The translations under genes were made by a program, and so were the position numbers. Positions 49,112 to 59,363 of a stretch of DNA of 64,000 bases are shown here, one piece after another (the first letter of the stretch is position 1; every line of letters begins with the position of its first letter). The notes under the pieces were generated by a model, which saw nothing but the letters and a program-made list of their open reading frames with translations, was not told where the DNA came from and did no database searches. Origin of the DNA: an uncultured delta proteobacterium (GTDB lineage Bacteria > Desulfobacterota > Binatia > Binatales > Binataceae); NCBI GenBank assembly GCA_963833025.1, contig CAWHWI010000003.1, positions 618,338 to 682,337 on the forward strand. Direction: 5' to 3'.

Positions 49112-50035
49112 TTATCCGCGCAGCGAGCCGAAGCGGCCCACCGCCCACGCCCGGCCGACCAGGTAAAGCTTGTGCGGCGCGGAGAGGCTGTGGCGGCGGT
49201 CGAGCACGCGATAATTCGACTTGACGATTCGTCCGAGCAACGCGGCGTAGATCAGCCGCATCGCCTCCGCGGTCAACAGCGTCGCGCGATCTTCCGGCGC
49301 CAGCGCGCGCCGCGCCGCCGCGTAGAGTTCCTGCGCGCGTCGCGCCTCGAAGTCCATCAGGTTGACGAAGTTCGGCGTGTACACGCCGCCGATGATTTCC
49401 TCCTCGCTCACGTTAAATCGCGCGAGGTCTTCGAGCGGAAGATAAATTCGCCCGCGCGCCGCGTCCTCTCGCACGTCGCGAATAATATTCGTCAACTGAA
49501 GCGCGAGCCCGAGGTTCTCCGCGTAGGACTTCGCCGACGGATTGCGGTAGCCGAAAATCTCGATGCAGATGAGGCCGAGCGCCGACGCAACGCGATAGCA
49601 GTACGGCCGCAGCTCTTCCCAGCTTTGGTAGCGGTTGCGCGAGAGATCCATCTCCACGCCGTTGATGATTTCCTCGAACAGCTCCCGCGGAATGTTGAAT
49701 CGCCGCGCGCTATCGGTGAGCGCGCGTGAGAGAGCACGTGTCGGCGCGCCCGCATACACCCGGTCGAGTTCCTCGCGCCACCGCTTGAGCTGCAGCGCCG
49801 GCTCGCGAATCGATTCGTCGTCGGCGATATCGTCGATGAAGCGGCAGAATGCATAAACGGCGTGGAGCGCGCGGCGCCGTTCGGGCGGTAGCAGGATGAA
49901 CGCGTAGTAAAAGCTCGACCGCGAGCGCCGCGTGATTTCCGCGCAGCGTTCATAGTCGGCTTCGAGCGACGTGCCGTCGCGCCCGGCCGCTTGCTCGACG
50001 CCGGCGTCGCCGCCGTCAGACTTCAAGTCGTCCAC
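49112..50035 (-). CDS. hpnD: squalene/phytoene synthase family enzyme, presqualene diphosphate synthase-like
   Basis: YAFCRFIDDIADD and second Asp-rich motif region; HpnD assigned by gene order. Confidence 0.72.
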   Translation of the reverse strand: MDDLKSDGGDAGVEQAAGRDGTSLEADYERCAEITRRSRSSFYYAFILLPPERRRALHAVYAFCRFIDDIADDESIREPALQLKRWREELDRVYAGAPTRALSRALTDSARRFNIPRELFEEIINGVEMDLSRNRYQSWEELRPYCYRVASALGLICIEIFGYRNPSAKSYAENLGLALQLTNIIRDVREDAARGRIYLPLEDLARFNVSEEEIIGGVYTPNFVNLMDFEARRAQELYAAARRALAPEDRATLLTAEAMRLIYAALLGRIVKSNYRVLDRRHSLSAPHKLYLVGRAWAVGRFGSLRG

Positions 50036-50942
50036 GAATCGCGCTCCATCCGAGTTTCAGGTAGTCGAGTTTCGCTAATTCCGGACGCATCCGGAACACG
50101 TCGTAGTTGACGCGATCGATCGCGCGCAATATCGCCAGCCCGCCGCCCGCGAACATCACGATGTCGCGCCGCAGCCGCTTGTCGACGCGCTTGTGCAATT
50201 CTCCGCCCTCGACCAGCATCGCGCGCGCGACTCCCACCTCATGACGCATCAACTCCACGAATTCGCGCGACGACGTATGCGCCGCCAGATCGGCCGGCGT
50301 CACACCGAATCGTTCCATGTCGCGCCGCGGAAAATAAATTCTCCCCTTGTCGAGATCGACCGCAACGTCCTGCCAGAAATTGGCGAGCTGCAGGCCGCTG
50401 CAGACCAGATCCGACAGATGCTGCCGTTCGGGGTCGCGGTAGCCGAACAAATAAAGCACCAGCCGACCGACCGGGTTCGCCGAGTAGCGCGAATAGCCGA
50501 GCAGAGCTTCGAGCGTGTCGAAGCCCTTGAAATCCACGTCAGATCGAAACGCCGTCAGCAGGTCCTTGAACGGCTCGCGCGGAATATCAAAGCGGCGCAC
50601 CGTATCCGCCAGCGCGATAAACACCGGATGGCGCGGCGTGCCGGCGTACGCCAAATCGAGCTCGCGCTCCCATTGGTCGAGCATCTCGCGGTCATGATGC
50701 TCGTCGGCAAAGTCGTCGGCCATCCTCGCGTACGCATAAATCGCATACATGTGCGGGCGCATCTCGCGCGGCATCAGCCACGACGCGACGGTGAAATTTT
50801 CGTAGTGCGACTTCGCCAGCCGCGCGCAAAATTCGTACGCGCTCGCAACGTCGAACGTTCCCGGCGGCATCGACGCGTCACGCACCGCGCTCGATGTGTA
50901 CGACGCTGCTCCGCCCTGCACGTTGGCCCGCGCGCTTGCCAT
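50016..50942 (-). CDS. hpnC: squalene/phytoene synthase family enzyme, hydroxysqualene synthase-like
   Basis: HYENFTVAS...YARMADDFADE motifs; first of the SQS-like pair. Confidence 0.72.
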   Translation of the reverse strand: MASARANVQGGAASYTSSAVRDASMPPGTFDVASAYEFCARLAKSHYENFTVASWLMPREMRPHMYAIYAYARMADDFADEHHDREMLDQWERELDLAYAGTPRHPVFIALADTVRRFDIPREPFKDLLTAFRSDVDFKGFDTLEALLGYSRYSANPVGRLVLYLFGYRDPERQHLSDLVCSGLQLANFWQDVAVDLDKGRIYFPRRDMERFGVTPADLAAHTSSREFVELMRHEVGVARAMLVEGGELHKRVDKRLRRDIVMFAGGGLAILRAIDRVNYDVFRMRPELAKLDYLKLGWSAIRGRLEV

Positions 50943-50946
50943 CGTC

Positions 50947-52116
50947 TCAGGCTGCGACCGGTCGCGCTCCGATAAGTTCGCGCGCGGTGGCTCGCGCCCA
51001 TCCGTCGGTTTCGAGCAGATCTTCGATTGTTCGCGCCGCGGGATTGTGATGCCGATTCATCACCGTCTCGATATGACGCGGGATGTCCACGAATCGCACG
51101 CGCCCGGCCAGAAAACTCGCCACCAGTTCCTCGTTGGCGGCGTTGAGGCACGCGGTCATCGTGTTCCCCGCCGCCAGCGCCTCGTACGCGAGCCGCAGAC
51201 ACGGGAAGCGCCGCAGGTCGGGCTCCTCGAATGTCAGCCGCGAATTTTCCGCGAGCGAGAGCGGCTTCAGATGCGTCATCGGCAGCCGCTCCGGGTACGC
51301 CAGCGCGTACGCGACCGGAATCGCCATGTCGGGAATCGCCATCTCCGCGATCACCGAGCCGTCGATCATTTCCACCATCGAATGGATCACGCTCTGCGGA
51401 TGGATCACCACCGAGACTTCGCCCGCCTTGAGATCGAACAGCCAGCGCGCCTCGATCACCTCGAGCCCCTTGTTCATCAGCGTCGCGGAATCGATCGTAA
51501 TCTTGCTGCCCATCACCCAGGTTGGATGCTTCAGCGCTTGCTCGACCGTGATCGATTCGAAGCTATCGGTCGGCAGCTCGCGGAACGGCCCGCCCGACGC
51601 GGTCAGAATGATCCGCTTCATCGACTCGCGCCCGCGTCCTTCCAGGCATTGAAAAATCGCGTTGTGCTCGCTGTCCACCGGCAGCAGCCGCACTCGATTC
51701 TCGCGCACCGCCGCCGTGATCAGCTCGCCCGCAATCACCAGCACTTCCTTGTTGGCGAACGCGATGTCCTTGCCGGCCTTGATCGCGGCAAGCGTCGGCT
51801 GCAGGCCCATCGCACCGACCAGCGCCGACATCACCAGCTTCGCCTCGGGATGCGTCGCCACCGCGATCGCGCCGTCGAGTCCGTGCACAATCGTCACGCG
51901 CTGCGCACCGAGACGCGTCGCGAGTTCGCGCGCGAGTTCGGGCGTCGCGACCGACACGAGTTCGGGATGAAAGCGCTTCACTTGCTCAGTCAGCAGATCG
52001 AGGTTGCGTCCCGCCGCCATCGCGACCACGCGAAATCGATCGCTGAATCGGCCGGCCACGTCCAGCGTCGTGACGCCGACCGATCCGGTTGAGCCGAGAA
52101 TTGAAATCGCTTTCAT
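50947..52116 (-). CDS. dxr: 1-deoxy-D-xylulose 5-phosphate reductoisomerase
   Basis: ISILGSTGSVGVTTLDV...LLPVDSEHNAIFQCL signature. Confidence 0.92.
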   Translation of the reverse strand: MKAISILGSTGSVGVTTLDVAGRFSDRFRVVAMAAGRNLDLLTEQVKRFHPELVSVATPELARELATRLGAQRVTIVHGLDGAIAVATHPEAKLVMSALVGAMGLQPTLAAIKAGKDIAFANKEVLVIAGELITAAVRENRVRLLPVDSEHNAIFQCLEGRGRESMKRIILTASGGPFRELPTDSFESITVEQALKHPTWVMGSKITIDSATLMNKGLEVIEARWLFDLKAGEVSVVIHPQSVIHSMVEMIDGSVIAEMAIPDMAIPVAYALAYPERLPMTHLKPLSLAENSRLTFEEPDLRRFPCLRLAYEALAAGNTMTACLNAANEELVASFLAGRVRFVDIPRHIETVMNRHHNPAARTIEDLLETDGWARATARELIGARPVAA

Positions 52117-52126
52117 CGCGACTCGC

Positions 52127-54085
52127 TCAATGTGCCGCCGTCTCCGCCAGCCTCCGACGGAACCGCCCGAGCGCCATCAGCGGAAAGTAATGCGGGTACA
52201 TGTGGTAGCGAAGATAAAAATGATTCGGAAACCCGTTGCCGGTCGATTCTCTTTCGTCCCACGCGCCCTCGTCGTTCTGCCGCTCTGAGAGCCACTGCGC
52301 GCCGCGCATCGCAGGTTCGGTGATCTCCGACTCGCCCGCGATCAATCCGATTAGCGCCCACGCCGTTTGCGACGCGGTGCTGGTCCCGCGTCCGTGCCAC
52401 GCCGGATCTTTGTCCGACAGCGGGCTCTCGCCCCAGCCGCCGTCGGGATTCTGCTTCGACTTGAGCCACGCGACCGCACGCTTGATCCACGGCTCGTTGA
52501 TATCGACGCCGATCGCGCACAGCCCCGCCAGCGCCGAGTACGTACCGTAAATATAGTTGATACCCCAGCGTCCCCACCATCCACCCGCCGGCGATTGATT
52601 TTTCTTGAGCCAGTCGATCGCGTTCTTCGCCACCGGATGGTTGCTGCGGTAGCCGACCGAGGCCATCATCTCGAGCACATGGCCCGTGAGATCGGGGCAC
52701 GACGGATCAGTCACCGCTTCGACGTCCGCCAGCGGCAGATGATTGAGCCAGGTTGAATTGTTGTCGGCATCGAATGCCGCGAAGCCGCCGTCCTTCGACT
52801 GCATTCCCATCACCCAGTTCGCGCCGGCGCGGATCGCGCGTTCCCTCGCCGCGGCATCGTCGGCTTTCGAGTCCGCCATCACCGACAGGATCACCGCCGA
52901 ATCGTCCACGTCAGGATAGCAATCGTTGTAAAACTCGAACGCCCATCCGCCCGGCTCGAGCGCGGGCCGTTTCACCGACCAATCTCCCTTCTTGAAAATC
53001 TGATGATCGATCAGCCATTGCGACGTGTGCTTGAGCGCCGGGTGGTCGCCAGGCAATCCCGAGTCCAGCAACGCCCGTCCCGCCAGCGCCGTGTCCCAGT
53101 TGACCGACACGCACGGCATGTACATGTCGTTGTCGCTGAAATGCCAAATCAGTTCGTGCGATGCCTCGATCGCTTTCTTCAGCACCGGATGGTCGTTGCG
53201 GTAGCCGTTGGCTTTCAGAGCCATCGCGCTCAGCAGGTAGCACGGCTCGATTCCACCCCATGAGCCGTTGGCCTCCTGATGCTCGAGGAGCCAGTTTTCC
53301 GTGCGCCGCAGCGCACGTGCGCGCAAGGATTTGATTTGGTGCCGATCGTAAAGGCGCAGCGCCTTGTCGGCGAAATTGAGCGCGTTGCGCAGCGACAGCA
53401 ATTGTTTTCCGCGCGGCTGTTTGAACTTCGTGAAATGCGGCGGCTCGATGTACAGCTCGAGCACTCCCCGCTGGTAGTCGATTTTTTTCTCGGGACGCGC
53501 CGCCTGCAGCATCATCAGTCCCATCATTGTCCCGCGCGCCCACGATCCCAGCTCGTAAATATTGAACGGGAACCAGTTCGGAAAGAGCGCCAGCTCTACC
53601 GGCAGCGCGGCCGTCGCATCCCACGTTATCTGCCCCATCGACGCGAGGTAAAAGCGCGCGAGCGTCCCGCAGTTGACGATGCCGCCCTTCGACAGAATCC
53701 AGCGGCGCGCAGCCGCCAGCGGCTCGTCACCAGCGCGCATGCCGGTGAGCTTCAGCGCAAAATAACTTTCGATGGTCGTCGACAGATACCCTTCGCCGCC
53801 CTGGTAGAGCGCCCAACTCCCGTCCGGACTCTGCGTGTCCAGCAGATACTTCTTCAGCCGCGCTTCGAGCTCGACGTCAACCGTGTCCATGAAATGGTTG
53901 AAGATGATGAACTCCGCGTTCATCTCCGCATTCGCCTCGAGCGGCGCGTGCCAGTAGCCCTCGGGCTTCTGCAGCGCCAGCAGCGCGCGCTGGGCGCGAT
54001 CGACGGTGTAGTCAATCTTCGCGACGAACTCGTCATGCGGCGACATCGCAATCGCCGTGTTTCCAATTTCAATTGCCTGGCTCAT
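52127..54085 (-). CDS. shc: squalene-hopene cyclase
   Basis: 652 aa with multiple QW motifs (e.g. QNPDGGWGE, QSPDGSW) and DxDDTA-type active site region (DVDDSAV). Confidence 0.95.
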   Translation of the reverse strand: MSQAIEIGNTAIAMSPHDEFVAKIDYTVDRAQRALLALQKPEGYWHAPLEANAEMNAEFIIFNHFMDTVDVELEARLKKYLLDTQSPDGSWALYQGGEGYLSTTIESYFALKLTGMRAGDEPLAAARRWILSKGGIVNCGTLARFYLASMGQITWDATAALPVELALFPNWFPFNIYELGSWARGTMMGLMMLQAARPEKKIDYQRGVLELYIEPPHFTKFKQPRGKQLLSLRNALNFADKALRLYDRHQIKSLRARALRRTENWLLEHQEANGSWGGIEPCYLLSAMALKANGYRNDHPVLKKAIEASHELIWHFSDNDMYMPCVSVNWDTALAGRALLDSGLPGDHPALKHTSQWLIDHQIFKKGDWSVKRPALEPGGWAFEFYNDCYPDVDDSAVILSVMADSKADDAAARERAIRAGANWVMGMQSKDGGFAAFDADNNSTWLNHLPLADVEAVTDPSCPDLTGHVLEMMASVGYRSNHPVAKNAIDWLKKNQSPAGGWWGRWGINYIYGTYSALAGLCAIGVDINEPWIKRAVAWLKSKQNPDGGWGESPLSDKDPAWHGRGTSTASQTAWALIGLIAGESEITEPAMRGAQWLSERQNDEGAWDERESTGNGFPNHFYLRYHMYPHYFPLMALGRFRRRLAETAAH

Positions 54086-54138
54086 CTTTCACCCTTGCTT
54101 CGACTTAAGCCCACCCGTGAGCGCTCGCCGCGACCCGC

Positions 54139-55206
54139 TTACGGAATCACGGCGCATTTCAGAACTACTCCACGTTCGAGCATCTCAAACACTTCGGTCA
54201 GATCGTCAAGCCGCATTCGCGCGTTGACGATCGCGCCGGCATTCAGCGCACGCCCCGCCAGCAACTCGTAAGCGCGCCGCACGTCGCGCGGCCGAAAGTG
54301 AAACGGCGCCATCAACGTCAGATTGTCGTAATGCATCCGGCGTGTATCGACGCTGAGCGCAGTGCCTTCCGGACAGCCGCCGAAAAATACCACCCGCCCT
54401 CCGCGACGCACCCGCGCCAGCGCATCCTGCCATCCCTCGACTTGCCCCGTGCACTCGATCACCATGTCGGGGCCGAAGCCGCCGTTGAGCCGCGCGATTT
54501 CTGCGGCCGCATCGACGCTCCGCGCGTCGACGACGCGGTCCGCGCCCAAATCCTGCGCCCACTTCAGCCGCTCGGCGCCGCGCCCCACGACCGTCACCTC
54601 GCGCACGCCGGCCGCCTTCAGCACCAGCATGTGCAACAGGCCGAACGCGCCGCCGCCGATTATCGCCACCGTCTCGTGTTTGTCGGGACGTGCCATCTCC
54701 TGCGCGTACACCACGCACGAGAGCGGCTCGAGCAGCGCCGCTTCCTCGAACGGCAGATCCCCGGGTTTGATAAACGTGTTGCGCGCGACGACGTGCGCCG
54801 GCAACAGCAGCATGTCCGCGTACCCGCCATGCACCATTCGCCCGACCGCGTCGTCGCAAAGATTTTCCTGGCCATGCTGGCAGTAAAAACAGATTCCGCA
54901 CGGCGCAGTCGGCGCCGCCATGATTTCGTCGCCGGCCTTGAACGCCGTCACGCCCTCGCCCGCTTCGACCACGACGCCGGAAAACTCATGCCCGAATGGC
55001 ATCGGAAGTTTCCACATCGGATGTCCGCGCCGAAAGGTTTTCAGATCGGTGCCGCAACTCAATGTGCAGCGAATTTGAATCAGCAATTCGCCAGGCCCCG
55101 GATGCGGCGCGACGTAATCGCGCAACTCGAGGCGTCCCGGCTCGACCAGCACGGCCTGGCGCGAACGCGCGCCCGCTATTTCCGCCGCCGCTTCGAACGC
55201 GCTCAC
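54139..55206 (-). CDS. zinc-binding alcohol dehydrogenase (MDR family); GTG start overlapping ispA stop (GTGA)
   Basis: CGTDLKTFRRGHP...GHEFSGVVVEAGEGV zinc motif; GGGAFG Rossmann. Confidence 0.8.
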   Translation of the reverse strand: MSAFEAAAEIAGARSRQAVLVEPGRLELRDYVAPHPGPGELLIQIRCTLSCGTDLKTFRRGHPMWKLPMPFGHEFSGVVVEAGEGVTAFKAGDEIMAAPTAPCGICFYCQHGQENLCDDAVGRMVHGGYADMLLLPAHVVARNTFIKPGDLPFEEAALLEPLSCVVYAQEMARPDKHETVAIIGGGAFGLLHMLVLKAAGVREVTVVGRGAERLKWAQDLGADRVVDARSVDAAAEIARLNGGFGPDMVIECTGQVEGWQDALARVRRGGRVVFFGGCPEGTALSVDTRRMHYDNLTLMAPFHFRPRDVRRAYELLAGRALNAGAIVNARMRLDDLTEVFEMLERGVVLKCAVIP

Positions 55207-56180
55207 AGCTTGCGCTCCACGACGAACGTCGCGATATGCCGCAACGCGTCGGCGCGAGCGCCGAAGTCCGCAATCGCGCGATGAGCGCGGGTCTCGAGCT
55301 CGCGCGCCAGGTCCATCGAGCGCTCGATTCCCAGTATCGCCGGATACGTCGCCTTGCCGCGCTCGAAGTCCTTTTGCGTGCGCTTGCCCATCTGCTCGGG
55401 CGTGCCTTGAACGTCCAGCAAATCGTCGACGACCTGGAACGCCAACCCGAGCGCGCGCGCGTACGCGTCGAGCGACTCGATCTGCGATGTGGTCCCGCCG
55501 CCCAGGCGCGCACCGCCGCGCACCGACGCCAGGAACAGCGCCCCGGTCTTCTTGCCGTGCAGTTCTTCGAGCTCCTCGACCGTCTTCGACTTGCCCTCGC
55601 CGAGCAGATCGATCACCTGCCCCGCGACCATCCCGCTCGATCCCGCCGCCGTCGCGAGCTCCGCGACTGTCTCGAGCACCAGTGCCGGCGACGCGCTCCG
55701 GTCCGCCGACAGCGCCAGCACCTTGAATGCGTCCGTCAACAGCGCGTCGCCCGCGAGCGTCGCGATCGCTTCGCCGTAGACTTTGTGATTGGTCGGGCGT
55801 CCGCGCCGCATGTCGTCGTCGTCCATGCATGGCAGGTCGTCGTGGATCAGCGAGTAGGTGTGAATCATCTCGACTGCGCACGCGAGGCCCATCGCCGCTT
55901 CGATCTTGCCGCCGACCGCTTCGCACGCCGCAAGCACGAGCACCGGCCGCAGCCGCTTGCCGCCCGCCAGCAGCGAGTAGCGCATCGCTTCATGCAAGCG
56001 GGCCGCCGCGCCGGTAGGTTCCTCGACGCTATGTTTGAGCGCGAGCTCGATCGTGCGAGCGCGCTCCTTCAAATAGCTGTGCAAGTCGAACACGTTTCGT
56101 CTCTTATTGGATGCGGGCGACGCTTCTTTGATGCGGGATTTTTCCGCACGCGAACCTCCCCGCGCATCGCGAGCACTCAC
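55203..56180 (-). CDS. ispA: polyprenyl (farnesyl/geranylgeranyl) diphosphate synthase
   Basis: FARM LIHDDLPCMDDDDMRRG and SARM VVDDLLD. Confidence 0.87.
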   Translation of the reverse strand: MSARDARGGSRAEKSRIKEASPASNKRRNVFDLHSYLKERARTIELALKHSVEEPTGAAARLHEAMRYSLLAGGKRLRPVLVLAACEAVGGKIEAAMGLACAVEMIHTYSLIHDDLPCMDDDDMRRGRPTNHKVYGEAIATLAGDALLTDAFKVLALSADRSASPALVLETVAELATAAGSSGMVAGQVIDLLGEGKSKTVEELEELHGKKTGALFLASVRGGARLGGGTTSQIESLDAYARALGLAFQVVDDLLDVQGTPEQMGKRTQKDFERGKATYPAILGIERSMDLARELETRAHRAIADFGARADALRHIATFVVERKL

Positions 56181-56199
56181 GGGTTATCCGCTCGATTTC

Positions 56200-57204
56200 T
56201 CACGCCACGTAGTGCCGCACCATCCGCCACGAGTCCTTCAGATTCTTCCCGAACTCGAGCGCCACGGTGCCTTCGAATCCCGAATGCAGCTTGCAGTCGC
56301 GGCAGCGAAAATCCTGCTTGGTGCGATAGTACTCCCAATCCGTCGCCGCGTGCATCTCGTCGAGCGTCTTGTAGTGCCCGTTCGTGATCAGGTAGCAAGG
56401 CCCTTTCCATCCTTGCGGATTGCGCGTCACCGTCGTCCACGGACTGCACTGCATGTCGCGTTTGCCGACCAGGTAGTCCAGGTAAATCGGCGTGTTGATT
56501 ATCTTGTAGTCGTTCGCCATGTCGCGGACCTTGAAGAACTTCGCCGGCATCTCTTCCTTCTTCAGATACTCGTCGTCGTTCTGCAGCACCTGGTAGTGAT
56601 AGCCGGGACTGAGCAGCATCCCATCGACGCCCAGGCTGGTCAGGTACTTGACCATGTCCTCGAGCTCCTGGCCACTGGTCTCGCGGAACACGGTCGTGTT
56701 GGTCTGCACCCGGTAGCCCTTCTCCTTCAGCATCTTGATCATCTTCACGACGATGTCGAAATGCCCCTGCCTGTCGGTCACGCGATCGTTGGTCTCGCGC
56801 ATCCCGTCCAGATGCAGGTTGAAGCTGAGGTACGGACTGGGCGCCACCTGCTTGACGAATCGCTCGAGCAGAATCGCGTTCGTACAAATCATCACGTGAC
56901 GCTTCTGATCCTCGATCAGCCCTCGCGTCAGCGCCGCGATATGCTTGTACATCAGCGGCTCGCCGCCGCAGATCGACACGATCGGCGCGCCCGCCTCCTC
57001 CGCCGAATGCAGCGCCTCGTCGAGCGGCATCATGTCGCGGATCGTGTCCTTGTACTCGACGATTCGCCCGCATCCGATACATGCCAGGTTGCACGCATGC
57101 AGCGGTTCGAGCATCAGTACCAGTGGAAAATATTTTTCGCCCGCCCGCTTCTTCGCGCGGATGTAGCGGCCCAAGTCGATCATCTGTCTCAGCGGAATGC
57201 GCAT
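56200..57204 (-). CDS. hpnH: adenosyl-hopene transferase (hopanoid-associated radical SAM protein)
   Basis: CNLACIGC radical SAM motif in a ~334-aa HpnH-like protein; operon context. Confidence 0.85.
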   Translation of the reverse strand: MRIPLRQMIDLGRYIRAKKRAGEKYFPLVLMLEPLHACNLACIGCGRIVEYKDTIRDMMPLDEALHSAEEAGAPIVSICGGEPLMYKHIAALTRGLIEDQKRHVMICTNAILLERFVKQVAPSPYLSFNLHLDGMRETNDRVTDRQGHFDIVVKMIKMLKEKGYRVQTNTTVFRETSGQELEDMVKYLTSLGVDGMLLSPGYHYQVLQNDDEYLKKEEMPAKFFKVRDMANDYKIINTPIYLDYLVGKRDMQCSPWTTVTRNPQGWKGPCYLITNGHYKTLDEMHAATDWEYYRTKQDFRCRDCKLHSGFEGTVALEFGKNLKDSWRMVRHYVA

Positions 57205-57237
57205 AGCTCTCCTGCGATCAGGTTGAAGAAAAAAAAT

Positions 57238-57948
57238 TTAGGAGGACGGCGTGCTGCCGCCCTCCGATGTGGATGTCGCCGACGGACCGAACAGCCACTC
57301 GCCCACCATCGCCACCGCCCCTTCGGGGTCGATCGCATTTGCGCCCATGAACAAATATTCGATCAGCAATCCGTTCAGCGCCGACAGCAGGAACGCCGCC
57401 GCCGACTCGGGAGTCGTCCGCCGCGCGCAGATTCCCTTCTGCTGCGCGCCCGCGATCAGCTCGACCAGCATCGCGCGATACCCGCTGTAGAGCTTGAGCA
57501 CCTGCTCGTTCATGCTCTCCGACAGCTTCTGGTCGTGAAGCATCTGTGCCAGAAAAAAACGCACCGAGCTCGCGTTGTCGCGCACGAACGACAGGTACGA
57601 CTCGACCAGCTTCTCGATCTGCGCGCGCTCGTCCATCACCGCCGCTTCTTCCGCAAAATCGATAAAGTACGGCTCCAGCAGACGGTTCAGCACCGCCACG
57701 AACAGCTCTTCCTTGGTCTTGAAATGCCAGAAAATCAGTGCCTTGCTGACGTGCGCCTCGCGCGCCACTTCCGACATCGACGTCTCATGAAACCCGCGAC
57801 TGGCAAACAGCCGCATCGCCGCCTTCAGGATCTCGTCGCGCGAATCCTGAGACACCGTCCGCGGCTCCGCAATACCCACTTTGATCTGCGAAACGCCCAT
57901 ATCCCGGCTTCCGACCCCCGCTCTACTCCTATCGTCGCCAGTAGCCAC
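57238..57948 (-). CDS. TetR/AcrR family transcriptional regulator
   Basis: N-terminal HTH ...FASRGFHETSMSEVAREAHVSKALIFWHF. Confidence 0.8.
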   Translation of the reverse strand: MATGDDRSRAGVGSRDMGVSQIKVGIAEPRTVSQDSRDEILKAAMRLFASRGFHETSMSEVAREAHVSKALIFWHFKTKEELFVAVLNRLLEPYFIDFAEEAAVMDERAQIEKLVESYLSFVRDNASSVRFFLAQMLHDQKLSESMNEQVLKLYSGYRAMLVELIAGAQQKGICARRTTPESAAAFLLSALNGLLIEYLFMGANAIDPEGAVAMVGEWLFGPSATSTSEGGSTPSS

Positions 57949-58137
57949 AAAAATTCGCCCGATACGCGCTAAACCGAGCCGCCGTCATCCTGCGGTCTCG
58001 AAATAGCCGCTAACCATTCGGTCAATGGAAACTTGCCCGTCACACTCTCGAAAGTCAAGAGCGACAGTCCGAGCGGTCAGTCGGTCAGCGCGAACAAAAT
58101 GTTCCGCGCGAAACTATTTCGCTCTAACTATTTGATT

Positions 58138-59169
58138 TTATGGGAGATTTATCTCAACGCCGCAGCCAATAGATGACTTCCGCGCAGCGTCAATTAGCAC
58201 CAGTGCAACACGCGCCTCGGCTAGGTTACGCTTCGCGACAACGGAATTGGTTCCTTCGGTGACCGCTCGCTCGAACTCCTCTGCCACCCCGCCGAACCAC
58301 GCCGAATGGTACGAGTCGTCGGCCATGTCCGCCTCCGACAGGTCTTCGACCTTCCCGGACCGATCGGTAAGCGTCACCCGATCCCCCTCAATCTCGATAC
58401 ACGCGCGCTCTCCATAGATTAACGCCGAGGTCCTGCGCACCGGCGCGCGCCACGAAAGATGTGCCCGGGAGAACGATCCGTCTCCGAAACGGATTCGCAC
58501 GTCCGCAACATCATCGACGTCCACGCCCGCTGGCGATTCGAGCCGCGCCGAAACCGACACCGGTTTTTCGTAGCCTATAAGCCAATACATAAGGTAGAAG
58601 ACGTGCCATCCGTGATCGATCAGAATCCCGCCCCCCGACGCCGCCGACGCCCGCCACTTCCCGCCGCTGCCGCCAGCGCCGGCTGGCTCGGTCCTCAGTC
58701 GATCGATCGACACAAATCGAATCGCGCCCAGCATGCCGGTCTCGATCGCGCGCCGCGCAGCTGCGTACGATGGCGCGTACTTCCAATTGTGAACGCACAT
58801 CAGAATGCGCCCCTTCTCCGCCGCGAGCGCGGCAAGTTCATCGAACTCGCCAAGCGAAAGCGCAAGCGGCTTCTCGACCATCACATGCGCCCCCGCGCCC
58901 AATGCAGCGAGAGCAGCCTGATGATGCATCCCAGGCGGGCTCGCAACATCCACAAAATCAGGCGCCTCGCCGTCAAGCATCAGCTCGAGGTCGTCATACA
59001 CGCGAACACTCTTGATAAGCCGAATAGCCTCGTGCCGCCGCTCGGAAACAGGATCATGAACCGCGCAGATAGAAACATTCTCGCGCAAGCGCCACCCCGG
59101 CAGATGAGCCCGAGCAGCGACCTCGCCAAACCCGGAAAAAGCCCCCCGCAATTTTGATTCGATAGCCAC
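58138..59169 (-). CDS. Gfo/Idh/MocA family oxidoreductase
   Basis: N-terminal Rossmann fold and EKP motif (HVMVEKPLALS). Confidence 0.8.
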   Translation of the reverse strand: MAIESKLRGAFSGFGEVAARAHLPGWRLRENVSICAVHDPVSERRHEAIRLIKSVRVYDDLELMLDGEAPDFVDVASPPGMHHQAALAALGAGAHVMVEKPLALSLGEFDELAALAAEKGRILMCVHNWKYAPSYAAARRAIETGMLGAIRFVSIDRLRTEPAGAGGSGGKWRASAASGGGILIDHGWHVFYLMYWLIGYEKPVSVSARLESPAGVDVDDVADVRIRFGDGSFSRAHLSWRAPVRRTSALIYGERACIEIEGDRVTLTDRSGKVEDLSEADMADDSYHSAWFGGVAEEFERAVTEGTNSVVAKRNLAEARVALVLIDAARKSSIGCGVEINLP

Positions 59170-59363
59170 CGCGCCGCTAAGTGTCGACTAAAGCGATCGC
59201 CCGAGCAAGTTAGCCCGCAGCACGAACTCTGCACCGCAGCAGAAACACGGCATCTGCGCCGTCGCATTCGTCCCGATTCACCCAGCAATCGCTCACTCCC
59301 CTACAATGGCAGCGCTCTTGCTCTCTACCTCAACGAACGCGCAAGCGGGAGGACAAACGAATA

